Positions 13,038-25,967 of a stretch of 64,000 bases of DNA are shown here, piece by piece; position 1 is the first letter of the stretch, and each line of letters starts with the position of its first letter. The position numbers were made by a program, and so were the translations under genes. This DNA comes from Octopus bimaculoides (lineage: Eukaryota). Below the pieces are notes generated by a model. That model made no database searches. It was not told the origin of the DNA and saw nothing but the letters and a program-made list of their open reading frames with translations. The stretch lies in contig NC_068990.1 of assembly GCF_001194135.2 (NCBI RefSeq), positions 10,173,185 through 10,237,184 of the forward strand. The letters run 5' to 3'.

Positions 13038-14524
13038 TGTGTGTGTGCGTGTGTGTGTGTGTTTGCGTTTGTTTATAGTTATATATGTACATAATTCCAT
13101 GTGTATTACTCTATGTGCATTGGTATCTGCATTTTGATACGTTTTTCTTATTTAATTTTCGTAACCTATGGATTTAAACATGTAAATAACTACATTATTA
13201 TGAATACTGTTGCAAACATTCATGTACTGTGTTACTAACTCTTGATATAATACATAAATATTATCAATATAGAAAGTGCATCCGTATGATGCGTGCAATT
13301 ATTATTACTTTGGCTTGCGGATATATATTCACAGAATAGACCGGATAGAAGGATAATGAACAAAATTGATCACTTCGTAGGAAATAGTTCAACGATAAAG
13401 AGATATATTCTGCTAGTTATCATTGCAGATATCATATTTAAATAGGAAGCTATTAAGGAGCTAGCTTAATAGAAGTGGTATTCCATTGGTCGAAGGACTG
13501 TCGTGTTTTTAATCACTGTAGTTTTTTAATTCGGATCCGGTGTATGGCAATTTAGGTTTTCCTTTTTGTTTTAGGTATGATGTGACAGTTTACAAAAAAA
13601 AAAAAAAAATCGAGTGAATCTTATAGCTTTTCCTATCTGATATGCAATGCCCTATGAAATCCATTAAAATGAACTCAGTAAAATATTTTGTATGGTTTCC
13701 ACTGTATGTTGTTTCAGCAAGAATATTTCAACTCACTAGGTGATAGAACATGGATAATATTCTTGGACAGATGCTAATCTCATGAGGTACGTGCTTAACA
13801 GGCTACTAAAATAACTGATGCGAAGTTGAATATTTAGATTTTCCAGAAGTCGCTGACCAATTTCTTCATGTACATATATANNNNNNNNNNNNNNNNNNNN
13901 NNNNNNNNNNNNNNNNNNNNNNNNNNNNNNNNNNNNNNNNNNNNNNNNNNNNNNNNNNNNNNNNNNNNNNNNNNNNNNNNNNNNNNNNNNNNNNNNNNNN
14001 NNNNNNNNNNNNNNNNNNNNNNNNNNNNNNNNNNNNNNNNNNNNNNNNNNNNNNNNNNNNNNNNNNNNNNNNNNNNNNNNNNNNNNNNNNNNNNNNNNNN
14101 NNNNNNNNNNNNNNNNNNNNNNNNNNNNNNNNNNNNNNNNNNNNNNNNNNNNNNNNNNNNNNNNNNNNNNNNNNNNNNNNNNNNNNNNNNNNNNNNNNNN
14201 NNNNNNNNNNNNNNNNNNNNNNNNNNNNNNNNNNNNNNNNNNNNNNNNNNNNNNNNNNNNNNNNNNNNNNNNNNNNNNNNNNNNNNNNNNNNNNNNNNNN
14301 NNNNNNNNNNNNNNNNNNNNNNNNNNNNNNNNNNNNNNNNNNNNNNNNNNNNNNNNNNNNNNNNNNNNNNNNNNNNNNNNNNNNNNNNNNNNNNNNNNNN
14401 NNNNNNNNNNNNNNNNNNNNNNNNNNNNNNNNNNNNNNNNNNNNNNNNNNNNNNNNNNNNNNNNNNNNNNNNNNNNNNNNNNNNNNNNNNNNNNNNNNNN
14501 NNNNNNNNNNNNNNNNNNNNNNNN

Positions 14525-14573
<49 letters not shown>

Positions 14574-14999
14574 CGTGTGTGTAACTATATGTATTATATG
14601 CCAATACAGACATTAGGAAGATATTCAGAAGTGTTACACGTAATTAAGTGAAGCAATGAAATTAATTCCACAACATACGAAGAAAATTGGAGGAGGCACA
14701 CTTTCAACATCGCCTAAACATATGTAATATATATTTCCACTGGTGAAAGAACGCATTTCATCCGACCTATTGATTTCAATACTTTATTTCTATCCAATTA
14801 CATTTACTGAAATATATCATTTCGCTTCGGAGATATTGACATATGGTATTACTCGTGTAAGAGTTCACTGAAGTCTTACAATTCAGAACAGTAACTGTAA
14901 AAACATTAAAGGAAAATAGTCTGAAAATGCAGTTTAGCCATGCATTAGCAACCGTTTTTAAAGAAATACTACTATCAATAATATTTCTGTTTCCGATTA

Positions 15000-15340
15000 C
15001 TTCGTTGCTATTCTTAGCATCATCATCATCGTAAACACTAATAACTTGTCTGTTGCCATCATGGACATATTCACCAACCTATTCCTCATCATTATCAGCG
15101 ACACCGTCAGTCTGAACGTTACTATCATTATTGTCACCGATGCTTCCATCACCATCACCATTATCATCATCGTCGTCTTCGTCGTCGTCGTCATCATTTT
15201 CATCATTTTCCCCATTTTCGTCATCATCAACATCGTCATCTCTATTTCTGCCGTCACGTTCTCACCGTTGTCGTGATCATCATTATCCATACCGAACATT
15301 AGCAACACATTTTGTATTGACATTATCATCAAGTGAAGCA
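15000..15340. repeat. Cryptic (CAT/CGT)n low-complexity tract
   Basis: Degenerate atc/gtc triplets; explains three overlapping ORFs. Confidence 0.8.
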
Positions 15341-16719
15341 CTACCAACACTTTTGTCTGAAAATTATTTACGTTATTATAACAGTACAAGTTGTAATGAT
15401 TGATTCCATTAAGAATATTGGTAGTTTTTAAATATCAATAAAAATTTTAGCACTTTTACAAGAAAAGAATAATAAAAGTGAGTAAGAATATGCGAATGCT
15501 TGTGAAACAGAAAGAAATTAAGAAATAAAAGAATCTACAGACAGAACATGCTTTCAAATATTCATCACTCGTTGATATAAAATAAATCTTGTATTTAATA
15601 AATTGAAAATCAGAAACTTTTTTGAACGTCTATTCCAGAGAACACTTAAGAAAAATTAGTCTGCACCTGCCAGAGTCAAACCCATTTAGATCGCCAGTTA
15701 AGCGTTTGCAATATGTCTTATGCAGCTGATAATTGTATCTAAAGATTTTGCAATAAATTTATTATTTACTCTAGCATCAAATGTATAGAACGCTTCAACA
15801 AGTAAAGAAGGAAATGTTACTGAAAGTGCCTGACTACTCTCTATAAAAATTAAAGAAACAAAACAGACACACATGCATACAAGCACATGCATACAAGCAC
15901 ATACACATACACACCCTCACAAACATACGCATACAGACACATATTTATGTACATACATACATACAAGCACATACACACATAGCCATTCGCACGAACGCAA
16001 CCAGGCTATATAACGTGTTAAACAATAAATTCATGTCTCTATTTTATAGCAGTCAGTCCCAAATCCATAATTGAAATCTGAATTTAATTGCCGGGACTTT
16101 CTTCGTCTTCGTATTTCTTCTTTAACCGATTAGGATTCCTTGATGTGACAGAGATTAGCTAGAAATGTTCAGACAAAAGATCAACAGGGATATTGTCTTT
16201 TCTTCTAACCATGATCGTACGATTTTTATGTATCGCTGTGTAATAGAGTTAACAGTATCCAATTTCAATTGAAAATATATTAAGGCAAATTATTTTGGTT
16301 GAAATTTCGATGATTTCAGCAATCTCCTGTGAATCAATACACACTGGTAAATGGCATACATTTGTAGGCATTGTATGCATCCTCCAGATCTTGCCAGGCA
16401 AGTACCATATAATTGGACAACACGTAGGATGCACAGCGGTGTTTAATTCATTTTGTTTAACTACGCTCTATGTTCTCCGTGATGTTGGAATTGAATGCAA
16501 TTAGATTAACACTTGGCAGATCGAAGTGGATAATGCTAGAGAAATGAGAGACGATGCGTCATAATCTCAATGTCGCGTTATATTTTCTTAGTGATTGCAA
16601 GACTGACAAATTCGCTAAAAGTAGCAGCAAATTCATAGTGCACAATTATTAATTGTAAAATATAGGAACATTGTCAGGAAACAAGATATTGGAGATATTA
16701 ATTGTTATATGTGATCGTA

Positions 16720-17260
16720 AATTGTATAGACATTTGGAGAGAAAAGGTGCACTCTCGGAGAGAATGGGCCATTTTTGAGATTAAGGAAGGATTTGGTTTG
16801 TGAGCCTCAGGACTGGAGCAGGATGCGAGTGAAACTTTGAGTGTTGATATCACCATGGGTGACTGGAGGTGATTCTGTGAGGGAAATAGTGAGTAAAATA
16901 TTTATATTGTAGACGATTTGCTTGTGGGTTCAGAGGGAGGCTCTCACTGTGCAGAGCGTGCTGCAGTATTTCCTGAATAAGGCGAAGAAAAAAAATAGCT
17001 ACGGGTTCATCAGTTATTATTGGTCAAATACAAATGATTAAATTGGGAGTTAGAGAGCAGTTAAAGACTGAGAAGCTGAATATAATAGATTAGGCATCTA
17101 CATCTCAGTGAAGCAAAGTAAGTATGGTTTACATGTAGTAAGAGGGACGTGGTGATGTGGGAATTATAGCTTATAGGTGAGACCATATTTATTTAATACG
17201 TCGGTGAAATTATGAAGGGCTCTATATTAACTCTTGCTCTGATATTGTAGCGTGTGCAGG
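16720..17260 (-). mobile_element. Degraded apurinic-like endonuclease (APE) region of a CR1/Jockey-type LINE
   Basis: Minus strand has YNIRA..., KPYLLCFTE... and ...PVTHGDINTQ, resembling APE motifs NIRG, LxLTET and GDFN; heavily disrupted. Confidence 0.35.
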
Positions 17261-18083
17261 GATAGTAATTGGTTGATTCAAGTGAACCCTACGCAGAAAG
17301 CCTCAACTGAATATTTCAAAGAAGGCTAACTCCATTAAAGACAAGCAGGAACAAGAAAATAGTTTACAATATATTAAAGAATTCGATACGTTTATCCAAC
17401 GATCCAACGTGAGCAGGCATTGAAATGAAGGAGATTGGCATTATTACAAATTAGTCTCGAAAATTTCCATTCACAAATTACCATGTGGGAAATAGATACA
17501 TTAAAAGAAAATGTAATTCAGGTAATCGAATGTGTATTGATTTTGTTTCACGTTGCCCATTCTCTGCTGACGACAGTGCTGATGGACGAAGAATCATCGA
17601 TATTGCATGTCGTTAATTCACTGGTAAGTATAGGTTATAACTTGATTGAGTAGAAAGAAAATTCGTCTACAGAGGGATTTGTAATGAATGGCATAATGCA
17701 ATTTAGTGTTGAGATTTGGTGTTTCGGGAAATCTCTACAAGACTAGCGTAAGTAAGTGAGAAAGGTGTTACATGCAACACTTGATTTACAGTTTATTGAC
17801 CTATATTTCAGTTGTCTGTTCATAATCAGATGACTCTGATTACATGCATACACACTTACTCCCACACACAAACATCTATACATATGTACACCCACACACA
17901 CACATATATATATATAAATATATGTCTGTATATATATTTATGTATATATATATATATATATATNNNNNNNNNNNNNNNNNNNNNNNNNNNNNNNNNNNNN
18001 NNNNNNNNNNNNNNNNNNNNNNNNNNNNNNNNNNNNNNNNNNNNNNNNNNNNNNNNNNNNNNNNNNNNNNNNNNNNNNATATG

Positions 18084-18116
<33 letters not shown>

Positions 18117-18178
18117 GCGTGTGTGAGTGTGAAAACATATACATACACACAGGCACACACACACACACACATATATAT

Positions 18179-18258
<80 letters not shown>

Positions 18259-19208
18259 TGAAAGAAAGAGAGAGTGTAAGAGACAGAGAAATGGAGATGA
18301 TTCATATTTGCAATGACGTCAGATACATTGTAATGCAACTAGATGGAGATTCATGCAGAGCAAACGCCGTTGTCGCAAATAGTTTTCTTGAACGAAGACA
18401 GTTTAATCTATACACATTACAATATATTTCTGGTGCTGTCAATATTGATGTGCATTCGTATAGTTTCACTAAAATGTGTAATGTGTAACATTTACTTAAT
18501 AATCTCAGCGGATATGTAAAAAGGTTTCTGTGCTTTATCATCAAACACAAAACTGTGTTAAGCGAAAACTAAATAATACAGAGTGATGATCATTGTGCTA
18601 GATAACATGATTATTCATTAGAACATGCGAGAGCAATAACGACAAATTGATAGGATACAATTTCATCTGACAGAATACAGTTTCATCTTGAGATACTTCT
18701 AACTACACTGAACAATTATACACATATATCATAAGCAATATATCTTGTATACCTAGCGTATACAAATCGGAATACATAATCCGTATTGATATTCGTATTT
18801 ATAATTCATATTAATATGGGAAAATAATTTAACTTAAGAAGCATCATTTTAAAGGTAAACAGATATATGTGTAATACATAACTATTACACATGTTTTGAT
18901 AGCTAGAGAAATAGATTATGCGGGGTTGAATTTCTGACTTATATAGGGTCTGAAGGAATTGGAAGGTGTAAGAATCTTTGTATACGCATGTGTGTGTGTG
19001 TTTGTGTATGTACACATGTATGTATGCATGCATGCATGCATTCATGCATGTAAATATGTATGCATGCATTGGACTTGCATATAAAAATTTGCAGATGTCT
19101 AAGGAAATCCCGCCCTATATTAAGGGTTATGATTTAAAATCAGTACACACAGAAACAGACACACATACGCGCATACACAGACATATATATATATAAGATA
19201 TCTTAGTA

Positions 19209-19242
<34 letters not shown>

Positions 19243-19629
19243 TAGATCTAATCAAAAGATTAAATGTAGTACTTAAAATGTTTGAGGCACCAGAATTTGG
19301 TAGAGTAAAAACCAAAAACAAAATCAAGAGATTTGGCGAATAAAATTTGAAGAAAATCAACAACAATTCAATAGGTTATAGCAGTACGTACGTTTCGTAC
19401 AAACTTCATTTATTCATGTAGTGAGAACACTACATAAAATGTGTAATGAAAATGTACTCCTCAGCTGCATAATGGAATTTCATTTTAGAAAGTCATTTTG
19501 TAGATGTGTGCAAAAAAAAGAAGAGTAAGAGAAGAAAAAATACCATCTTGACTGGGCTGTTGTTCAACAGTCTAGTGAATCAAACAATAATTTAATTTCT
19601 ATATAATCTAATTGGAGGGGTAGTAGTAA

Positions 19630-19790
19630 TTTCAATTTAGAAACAAGGAGTCCCAAGGAGAGACAACGACATACACAAGACTTCATGCATCGCATGCAGA
19701 TTTCGGGATACAACCAGAAAGATAGGTAGGATCCAAGTGTACAGAGGAGATAGCAAGACATTTGAGGAGATTTTTGTCAAAGATACAGAT
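19630..19790 (+). mobile_element. Penelope-like element RT C-terminal fragment
   Basis: Reads ERQRHTQDFMHRMQISGYNQKDR, resembling the PLE thumb motif FMxRMxxSGY. Confidence 0.45.
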
Positions 19791-21139
19791 GAAACACAAC
19801 CTAGGTACCATAATAAACAGTAGAATCTACTACAAAGAATTAGTGATAAAACAAACAGAAAGAACACGTGGTACAATACCGAATTCACACACATTATACA
19901 CATACATATAAGGGTGCGCGCGCGTGTGCATTTGTAAGGCACACTAATATTTTTAGAAGTCAATGCTAGGTAAAATTTTACGAAAAAAATGACATTTGGA
20001 AGACTTAAGCAGAATATTACTGTGAATTATAGTCAATGTTTATTATTTCGATGAATATCCGTCTCTATTATTGTTGTATATGTCATATTTTCTAAATATA
20101 TTCGCAGAATATAATTATTTAAACAGTGAAAGAATTTTTGGTTAAATTTTAGGTATACATGCAGCTTGTGGGATGCTATATTTAAGAATAAAAGCGGGAA
20201 AATACAATTAGAGGAACGTTCACGATCAAAACACGCAATATACGAATACACGGCCTCACTAATACAGACAGCATGCAAACAACTAATACGTTCACCTAAC
20301 TGATGATAACCTATGTCTAACAAATTTAATCACCGAAGTAAAATTGTAACTTCATTCACAGTAAGACTTAACGAAATTGGACTCTCAGTTATCCTGCGAA
20401 ACTTGAAAGATATAGAAGTTACGAAAATATAAAATTGAAAATAAATGAAGGGAAAAGCCTAGAATTAATGAAGCATTCAATATCGATATTCCATAGTTAC
20501 ATCAAATGAACAATCATACACGCATGTAAAAGGAAGAGGGTTCCGACTTTAAAAACATATGTGAAGTAGAGAAATGCGCTGTGATAAAGTAAATTGGTAA
20601 GCTGCAAGGATGAATAGGTTCAAACGTAACCGAGTAATACATTTACATATATCACATGCACAAATTCGTTTCATGAATCTGTTTTAACAAGCAACTAACT
20701 TCCAAGAAGAACATGGCTATAGAACTTGAGGCAAGAGAGATAAATTCAATCATTAACGTCAGGATGTGTTTGAAGTCCCTACAAAGAAGAAAAACATGCA
20801 TAAAAAGATCCCAATTATTGAAATGTCAGAGACACTGTGACATTTGATTCTGGGTGAAGGAGATGATATAAAGAATATAACAAGGATTTTCACATCAAGA
20901 CTCTCAACCGAATACACTGTCAAATGTATGTCTCAAAAAGGAGTTACACACACCGTCCCTCGCTTTTCTAGAATTGGAAGTCAGATATCACACATCTGAC
21001 AAAAAGATGAGGATTTTATTGTCGAGAGGTATATAAGCAAAAAATGACACAAATACACTATCGTTTAAAGGAGCACGGGCCACATATTATTGATGAGAAT
21101 GTGAATGCGTTACAAGATGTATAACATACTTCGAAATTG

Positions 21140-21425
21140 CAAATCGTGAGCGAGAGACCAACAAAACTCCTTTTGGCACCAAGATGAACTGAAGGCAAGG
21201 ATTATGTCAGCATTCACTAACTTAAACAAGGCGATCGCCCAGAAGAGATTCCGAAGTCGTATGGAGGCCGCGATTGAACCCAATAGTGATCTTAAATAAA
21301 TTTACTCTTTAGTATTTTAAGATATTTTTCTGTAATTTTGGTAAATATATCTGTAAAAATTAGATGTCAGTGTTATTTTCATTTTTATGGAACTTAGATG
21401 ACAGTTGATTCACTGCACCTTGTCT
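21140..21425 (+). mobile_element. 3' fragment of a maT-like Tc1/mariner transposon
   Basis: Reads ERETNKT...TKDELKARIMSAFTNLNKA..Q.RFRSRMEAAIEPNSD, homologous in style to the C-terminus at 9540-9690. A possible 3' TIR remnant gcaccttg is at ~21415. Confidence 0.65.
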
Positions 21426-21993
21426 ATATATATAGGGAAAATGTTTTGATAAAGATGCTATTAGTTTTGCTCTCAAAGAGAAAGCAGAAAGACAAAAGCG
21501 GGTTTTGATGTTTTATATACAGCTTTCTTCAGAAAAATAAACGCAGGGAATTTTGCTGAATAGGACCGACGAGAAACAAATAGGGATCAGGTGGAATTGA
21601 AGTTCTATGGAAGCAGTTTACTCTGTAAAAGTATAAGCATAGGGAGTGTGAGCGGTGGGTGGGACGCAGTTGGCTAGCTGGGATGTTGAGGGAGATAGGA
21701 ATTTGTTAAAACTTTGGAGGATGCGTGGGCACGGGAAAAAGGGCTGACCAGTGGATAGACTGTGTCGTGAGACAAAACATTGAAGTAGGTAACGGTTGTG
21801 GAAAGGTAGCAAAATGATTAAAGGTGGGTATATAATAAGTGGGAAAATAAATACGTTACAATATATATATATATATANNNNNNNNNNNNNNNNNNNNNNN
21901 NNNNNNNNNNNNNNNNNNNNNNNNNNNNNNNNNNNNNNNNNNNNNNNNNNNNNNNNNNNNNNNNNNNNNNNNNNNNNNNNNNNNNNNNNNNAT

Positions 21994-22017
<24 letters not shown>

Positions 22018-22025
<8 letters not shown>

Positions 22026-22781
22026 TAACTATATAGTAATGCCTCACGCTTAGAGGGACTAAAAAAGTCAAAAACTACCAAAAAATAAGCAACATATTTA
22101 CCGAAAGCGAGGGAATGCAACTTTCAAGAATTAATCTCCTAAAAACATTTAACTTAATGGCAAACCACTGGTTTCTCAATTAATACAGCAAAAACTGTGA
22201 AGTAAGCTGCATCTTTTGTTCATCAGTACACGTATGGTCGAGACACATAAAAAATAAACAAAAATCAACATACCACGATGTACCCAACAATAGTACGATG
22301 ACTTCTGTTCATCATTATATATCCGTGAAAGAGGTTAAAATGTATCCGGTTGCATCTCAGTAACACGTCCTTATACAGAATAATATTCAGCACTGAATAT
22401 ATTCTAACTATTTATAATATAATATAGGATAAAATCTTTATAAGAATTTATGAAGTAGTCAGCGTGAAAAAACCCCATAAGGAAAAAAACTCATCGTTTC
22501 TTTCCCATGAATATATAATTTATATACGGGCTTTAACTATATAGTAACGCCTCACGCTTAGAGGGACTAAACAAGTCAAAAACTACCAAAAAATAAGCAA
22601 CATATTTACCGAAAGCGAGGGAATGCAACTTTCAAAAATTAATCTCCTAAAAACATTTAACTTAACGGCAAACCACAGGTTTCTCAATTAATACAGCAAC
22701 AACTGTGAAGTAAGCTGCATCTTTTGTTCATCAGTACACGTATCGTCGAGACACATAAACAATAAACAAAAATCAACATAC
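22018..22781 (-). repeat. ~510-bp tandem repeat, left arm (1.5 units)
   Basis: ttaactatatagtaa starts at 22025 and 22533 (period 508); the units are near-identical. Confidence 0.95.
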
Positions 22782-22782
22782 T

Positions 22783-23692
22783 GTTAAGTTAAATGTTTTT
22801 AGGAGATTAATCTTTGAAAGTTGCATTCCCTCGCTTTCGGTAAATATGTTGCTTATTTTTTGGTAGTTTTTGACTGTTTTAGTCCCTCTAAGCGTGAGAC
22901 ATTACTATATAGTTAATGCCCTTATTATATATTATATATTTATGGGAATAAAACGATGAGTTTTTTTTTTCCTTATGTGTTTTTTTCACGCTGACTACTT
23001 CATAAATTCTTATAAAGATTTTATCCTATATTATATTATACATAATTAGAATATATTCAGTGCTGAATATTATTCTGTATAAGCACGTGTTACTGAGATG
23101 CAAGCGGATAAATTCTAACCTCTTTCACGGATATATAAGGATGAACAGAAGTCATCGTACTATTGTTGGGTACATCGTGGTAAGTTGATTTTTGTTTATT
23201 TTTTATGTGTCTCGACCATACGTGTACTGATGAACAAAAGATGCAGCTTACTTCACAGTTTTTGCTGTATTAATTGAGAAACCAATGGTTTGCCGTTAAG
23301 TTAAATGTTTTTAGGAGATTAAATTTTGAAAGTTGCATTCCCTCGCTTTCGGTAAATATGTTGCTTATTTTTTGGTAGTTTTTTTACTTTTTTAGTCCCT
23401 CTAAGCGTGAGGCATTACTATATAGTTAATGCCCTTATATAAATTATATATTTATGGGAAAAAAACGATTAGTTTATTTTCCTTATGGTTTTTTTTCACG
23501 CTGACTACTTCATAAATTCGTATATAAAATGTTATCCTATATTATATTATATTNNNNNNNNNNNNNNNNNNNNNNNNNNNNNNNNNNNNNNNNNNNNNNN
23601 NNNNNNNNNNNNNNNNNNNNNNNNNNNNNNNNNNNNNNNNNNNNNNNNNNNNNNNNNNNNNNNNNNNNNNNNNNNNNATATAGTTAAAATGC
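22783..23692 (+). repeat. ~510-bp tandem repeat, right arm, inverted relative to the left arm
   Basis: 22783-23433 is the reverse complement of 22018-22666. actatatagttaa ends at 22916 and 23429 (period 513). The arm continues to the gap at 23554 and re-emerges as atatagttaa at 23678-23687. Confidence 0.95.
23220..23296 (+). ncRNA. Type I hammerhead ribozyme-like motif (non-canonical) in the 510-bp unit; further copies on - at 22157-22233 and 22665-22741
   Basis: CTGATGA at 23227-23233. Long stem II 23235-23247/23264-23276 (11 of 13 positions pair). GAAA at 23278-23281. Stem III ACC-aat-GGT, H17=U at 23290. Stem I acg(t)gta/TGCCGT. Deviations: A-A at 10.1/11.1 and a GUU triplet. Confidence 0.35.
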
Positions 23693-25165
23693 AGTTATAA
23701 TTGCTGAGCAGGGAATAACTGAGTAGTTAAGAAATATATATATAAAGTATGTGATTGAAAAAGGAGACAGTTGCAGGAGAAAGAAATCATTATGAAAAGA
23801 ATATAAAGAAAGGGCGGTAAAGGGATATGTGTTTTGACGAGAGAAAAAATTGAGACTCAATAAAAAAGAACTGAAAATATTTGAACATCTGCAAACCACC
23901 AAAGGAATTGTGCTTCTATTTTCCAACAATATTAATAGTCCCATAAGACAGGATTTACAATGTTCAGATATCCTCCATGCTATATAGAATACTGAAAATT
24001 AGTATCAATATTTAATCGAAAGTCTGATTGCTTTTCTTGAAACATTTATATCAGGTCTATGAAAGATGAATATAAACAGGATGGGGACAATTGTATTATC
24101 TATGACTGTATATAATGAATAACATATTTCCTAATACATTACAAAGCGTTGGTCAAAGCGTTTCGCTTAAATTTTTTATCCCCAGGAAATAGAAAAGAAG
24201 AAACATAAATGATCTTCAGAAAGGAGAATAACAATAGTAATTGATAAGGATGTGAAAACAATAATAATAATAATGATAACGGATATTGCAATGACAGTAA
24301 TTCTGATGACTACTGGTATGTTTATGAGGATAATGAAAACACATTCCTTCATCGATATTTAATTCAGCAAATGAACAAATCCTGTCAAGATATGAAAATA
24401 TCACACACACACACACACACACATGCACGTACATACACACATGCACATACACACATGCACATACACACATGCACGCACACCTATACATGTCATTATATTC
24501 CGGTATTTCGATACATACATGCGTACATCGTGGCATAAATATGCATGCAAATATACTAAAAAACACGAATGATACTATCAATGAAAAATATTATATTTTC
24601 TCTTTACTTTTGATGGTGATAACTTGTTTCACTTCATCACATATTGAACATATAAAAGTTATTTTGAAATATGTTTATTTTAACGAAGCATTAGCAGGAA
24701 GATCTAGTAATTGAGATTTTCTTTCAGTTATGTACATTTACAATATGAAACAATCTTCAAACATCAACGGCAAAAATCTGTAAGTAATATTTTACGCGTG
24801 ACTTCGGGTTCTAGGTGAAAGTGTAAGAAATGGATCTAAAACATTTCTATTTCTGAAATATAGTTCTCTCTCATTTAAATAGAAACTACGGAGAGACATA
24901 TATTTTTTGCTGACGGCAAAGCCAGCAGTATGCAATTGGCGAGTTCTTTATTAATTTCGTGTTATGAAATAAAATCTTCCATAGCTAAAATAAAATATGA
25001 AACAAACATTAAAATCAAAATGGAATTGCTTTGCGACAAGTACATTAACGATATGGCCAAGAGCACTAATAGCAATACACGAAAAACATAAGCAACGTCT
25101 ACGTTCCCTAATATACTACTACTACTACTACTACCACTACTGCTGCTGCTGATGCTGCTGCTGGT

Positions 25166-25255
25166 ACGATGTGTTTATTTTCCTTATGGGGTTTTTTCAC
25201 GCTGACTACTTCATAAATTCTTATATAAAATTTTATCCTATATTATATTACATTA
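25166..25255 (+). repeat. Third, partial copy of the 510-bp repeat unit
   Basis: Nearly identical to 23464-23553 (ttccttatgg...cacgctgactacttcataaattc...ttatcctatattatatt); ends at an N-gap. Confidence 0.9.
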
Positions 25256-25967
25256 NNNNNNNNNNNNNNNNNNNNNNNNNNNNNNNNNNNNNNNNNNNNN
25301 NNNNNNNNNNNNNNNNNNNNNNNNNNNNNNNNNNNNNNNNNNNNNNNNNNNNNNNNNNNNNNNNNNNNNNNNNNNNNNNNNNNNNNNNNNNNNNNNNNNN
25401 NNNNNNNNNNNNNNNNNNNNNNNNNNNNNNNNNNNNNNNNNNNNNNNNNNNNNNNNNNNNNNNNNNNNNNNNNNNNNNNNNNNNNNNNNNNNNNNNNNNN
25501 NNNNNNNNNNNNNNNNNNNNNNNNNNNNNNNNNNNNNNNNNNNNNNNNNNNNNNNNNNNNNNNNNNNNNNNNNNNNNNNNNNNNNNNNNNNNNNNNNNNN
25601 NNNNNNNNNNNNNNNNNNNNNNNNNNNNNNNNNNNNNNNNNNNNNNNNNNNNNNNNNNNNNNNNNNNNNNNNNNNNNNNNNNNNNNNNNNNNNNNNNNNN
25701 NNNNNNNNNNNNNNNNNNNNNNNNNNNNNNNNNNNNNNNNNNNNNNNNNNNNNNNNNNNNNNNNNNNNNNNNNNNNNNNNNNNNNNNNATATATATATAT
25801 ATATATATATATAAAGGATACGAGGGGTTTTCGTCTGGGTGACTCCAAATAATAGGAGAGCGTTCCGAGTGGTCAAAATTAGTATGCATTTTTATTATAT
25901 AGCTAAATTAAATGTCCATGACAAACCTTGCCAGATTTTTGTCTTTCGTTTTCTGCTATAGTATATA

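Noticed and set aside
11408-14613. Long ORFs of 100-290 aa spanning N-runs (also near 18, 25, 32, 40, 43 and 45 kb)
   Set aside because: They are open only because N codons contain no stops.
15540-15575. Minus-strand gTGATGAatatttGAAAgcatgttc, hammerhead-like
   Set aside because: C3 is missing, stem II is negligible and there is no convincing stem I.
16249-16504. Coding-looking segment (VVQLYGTC kinase-like; VLAWQDLEDAY)
   Set aside because: Stops in every frame and no consistent family motif.
20540-21000. Possible 5' part of a mariner or maT transposase upstream of 21140
   Set aside because: Too degraded to align to any motif with confidence.
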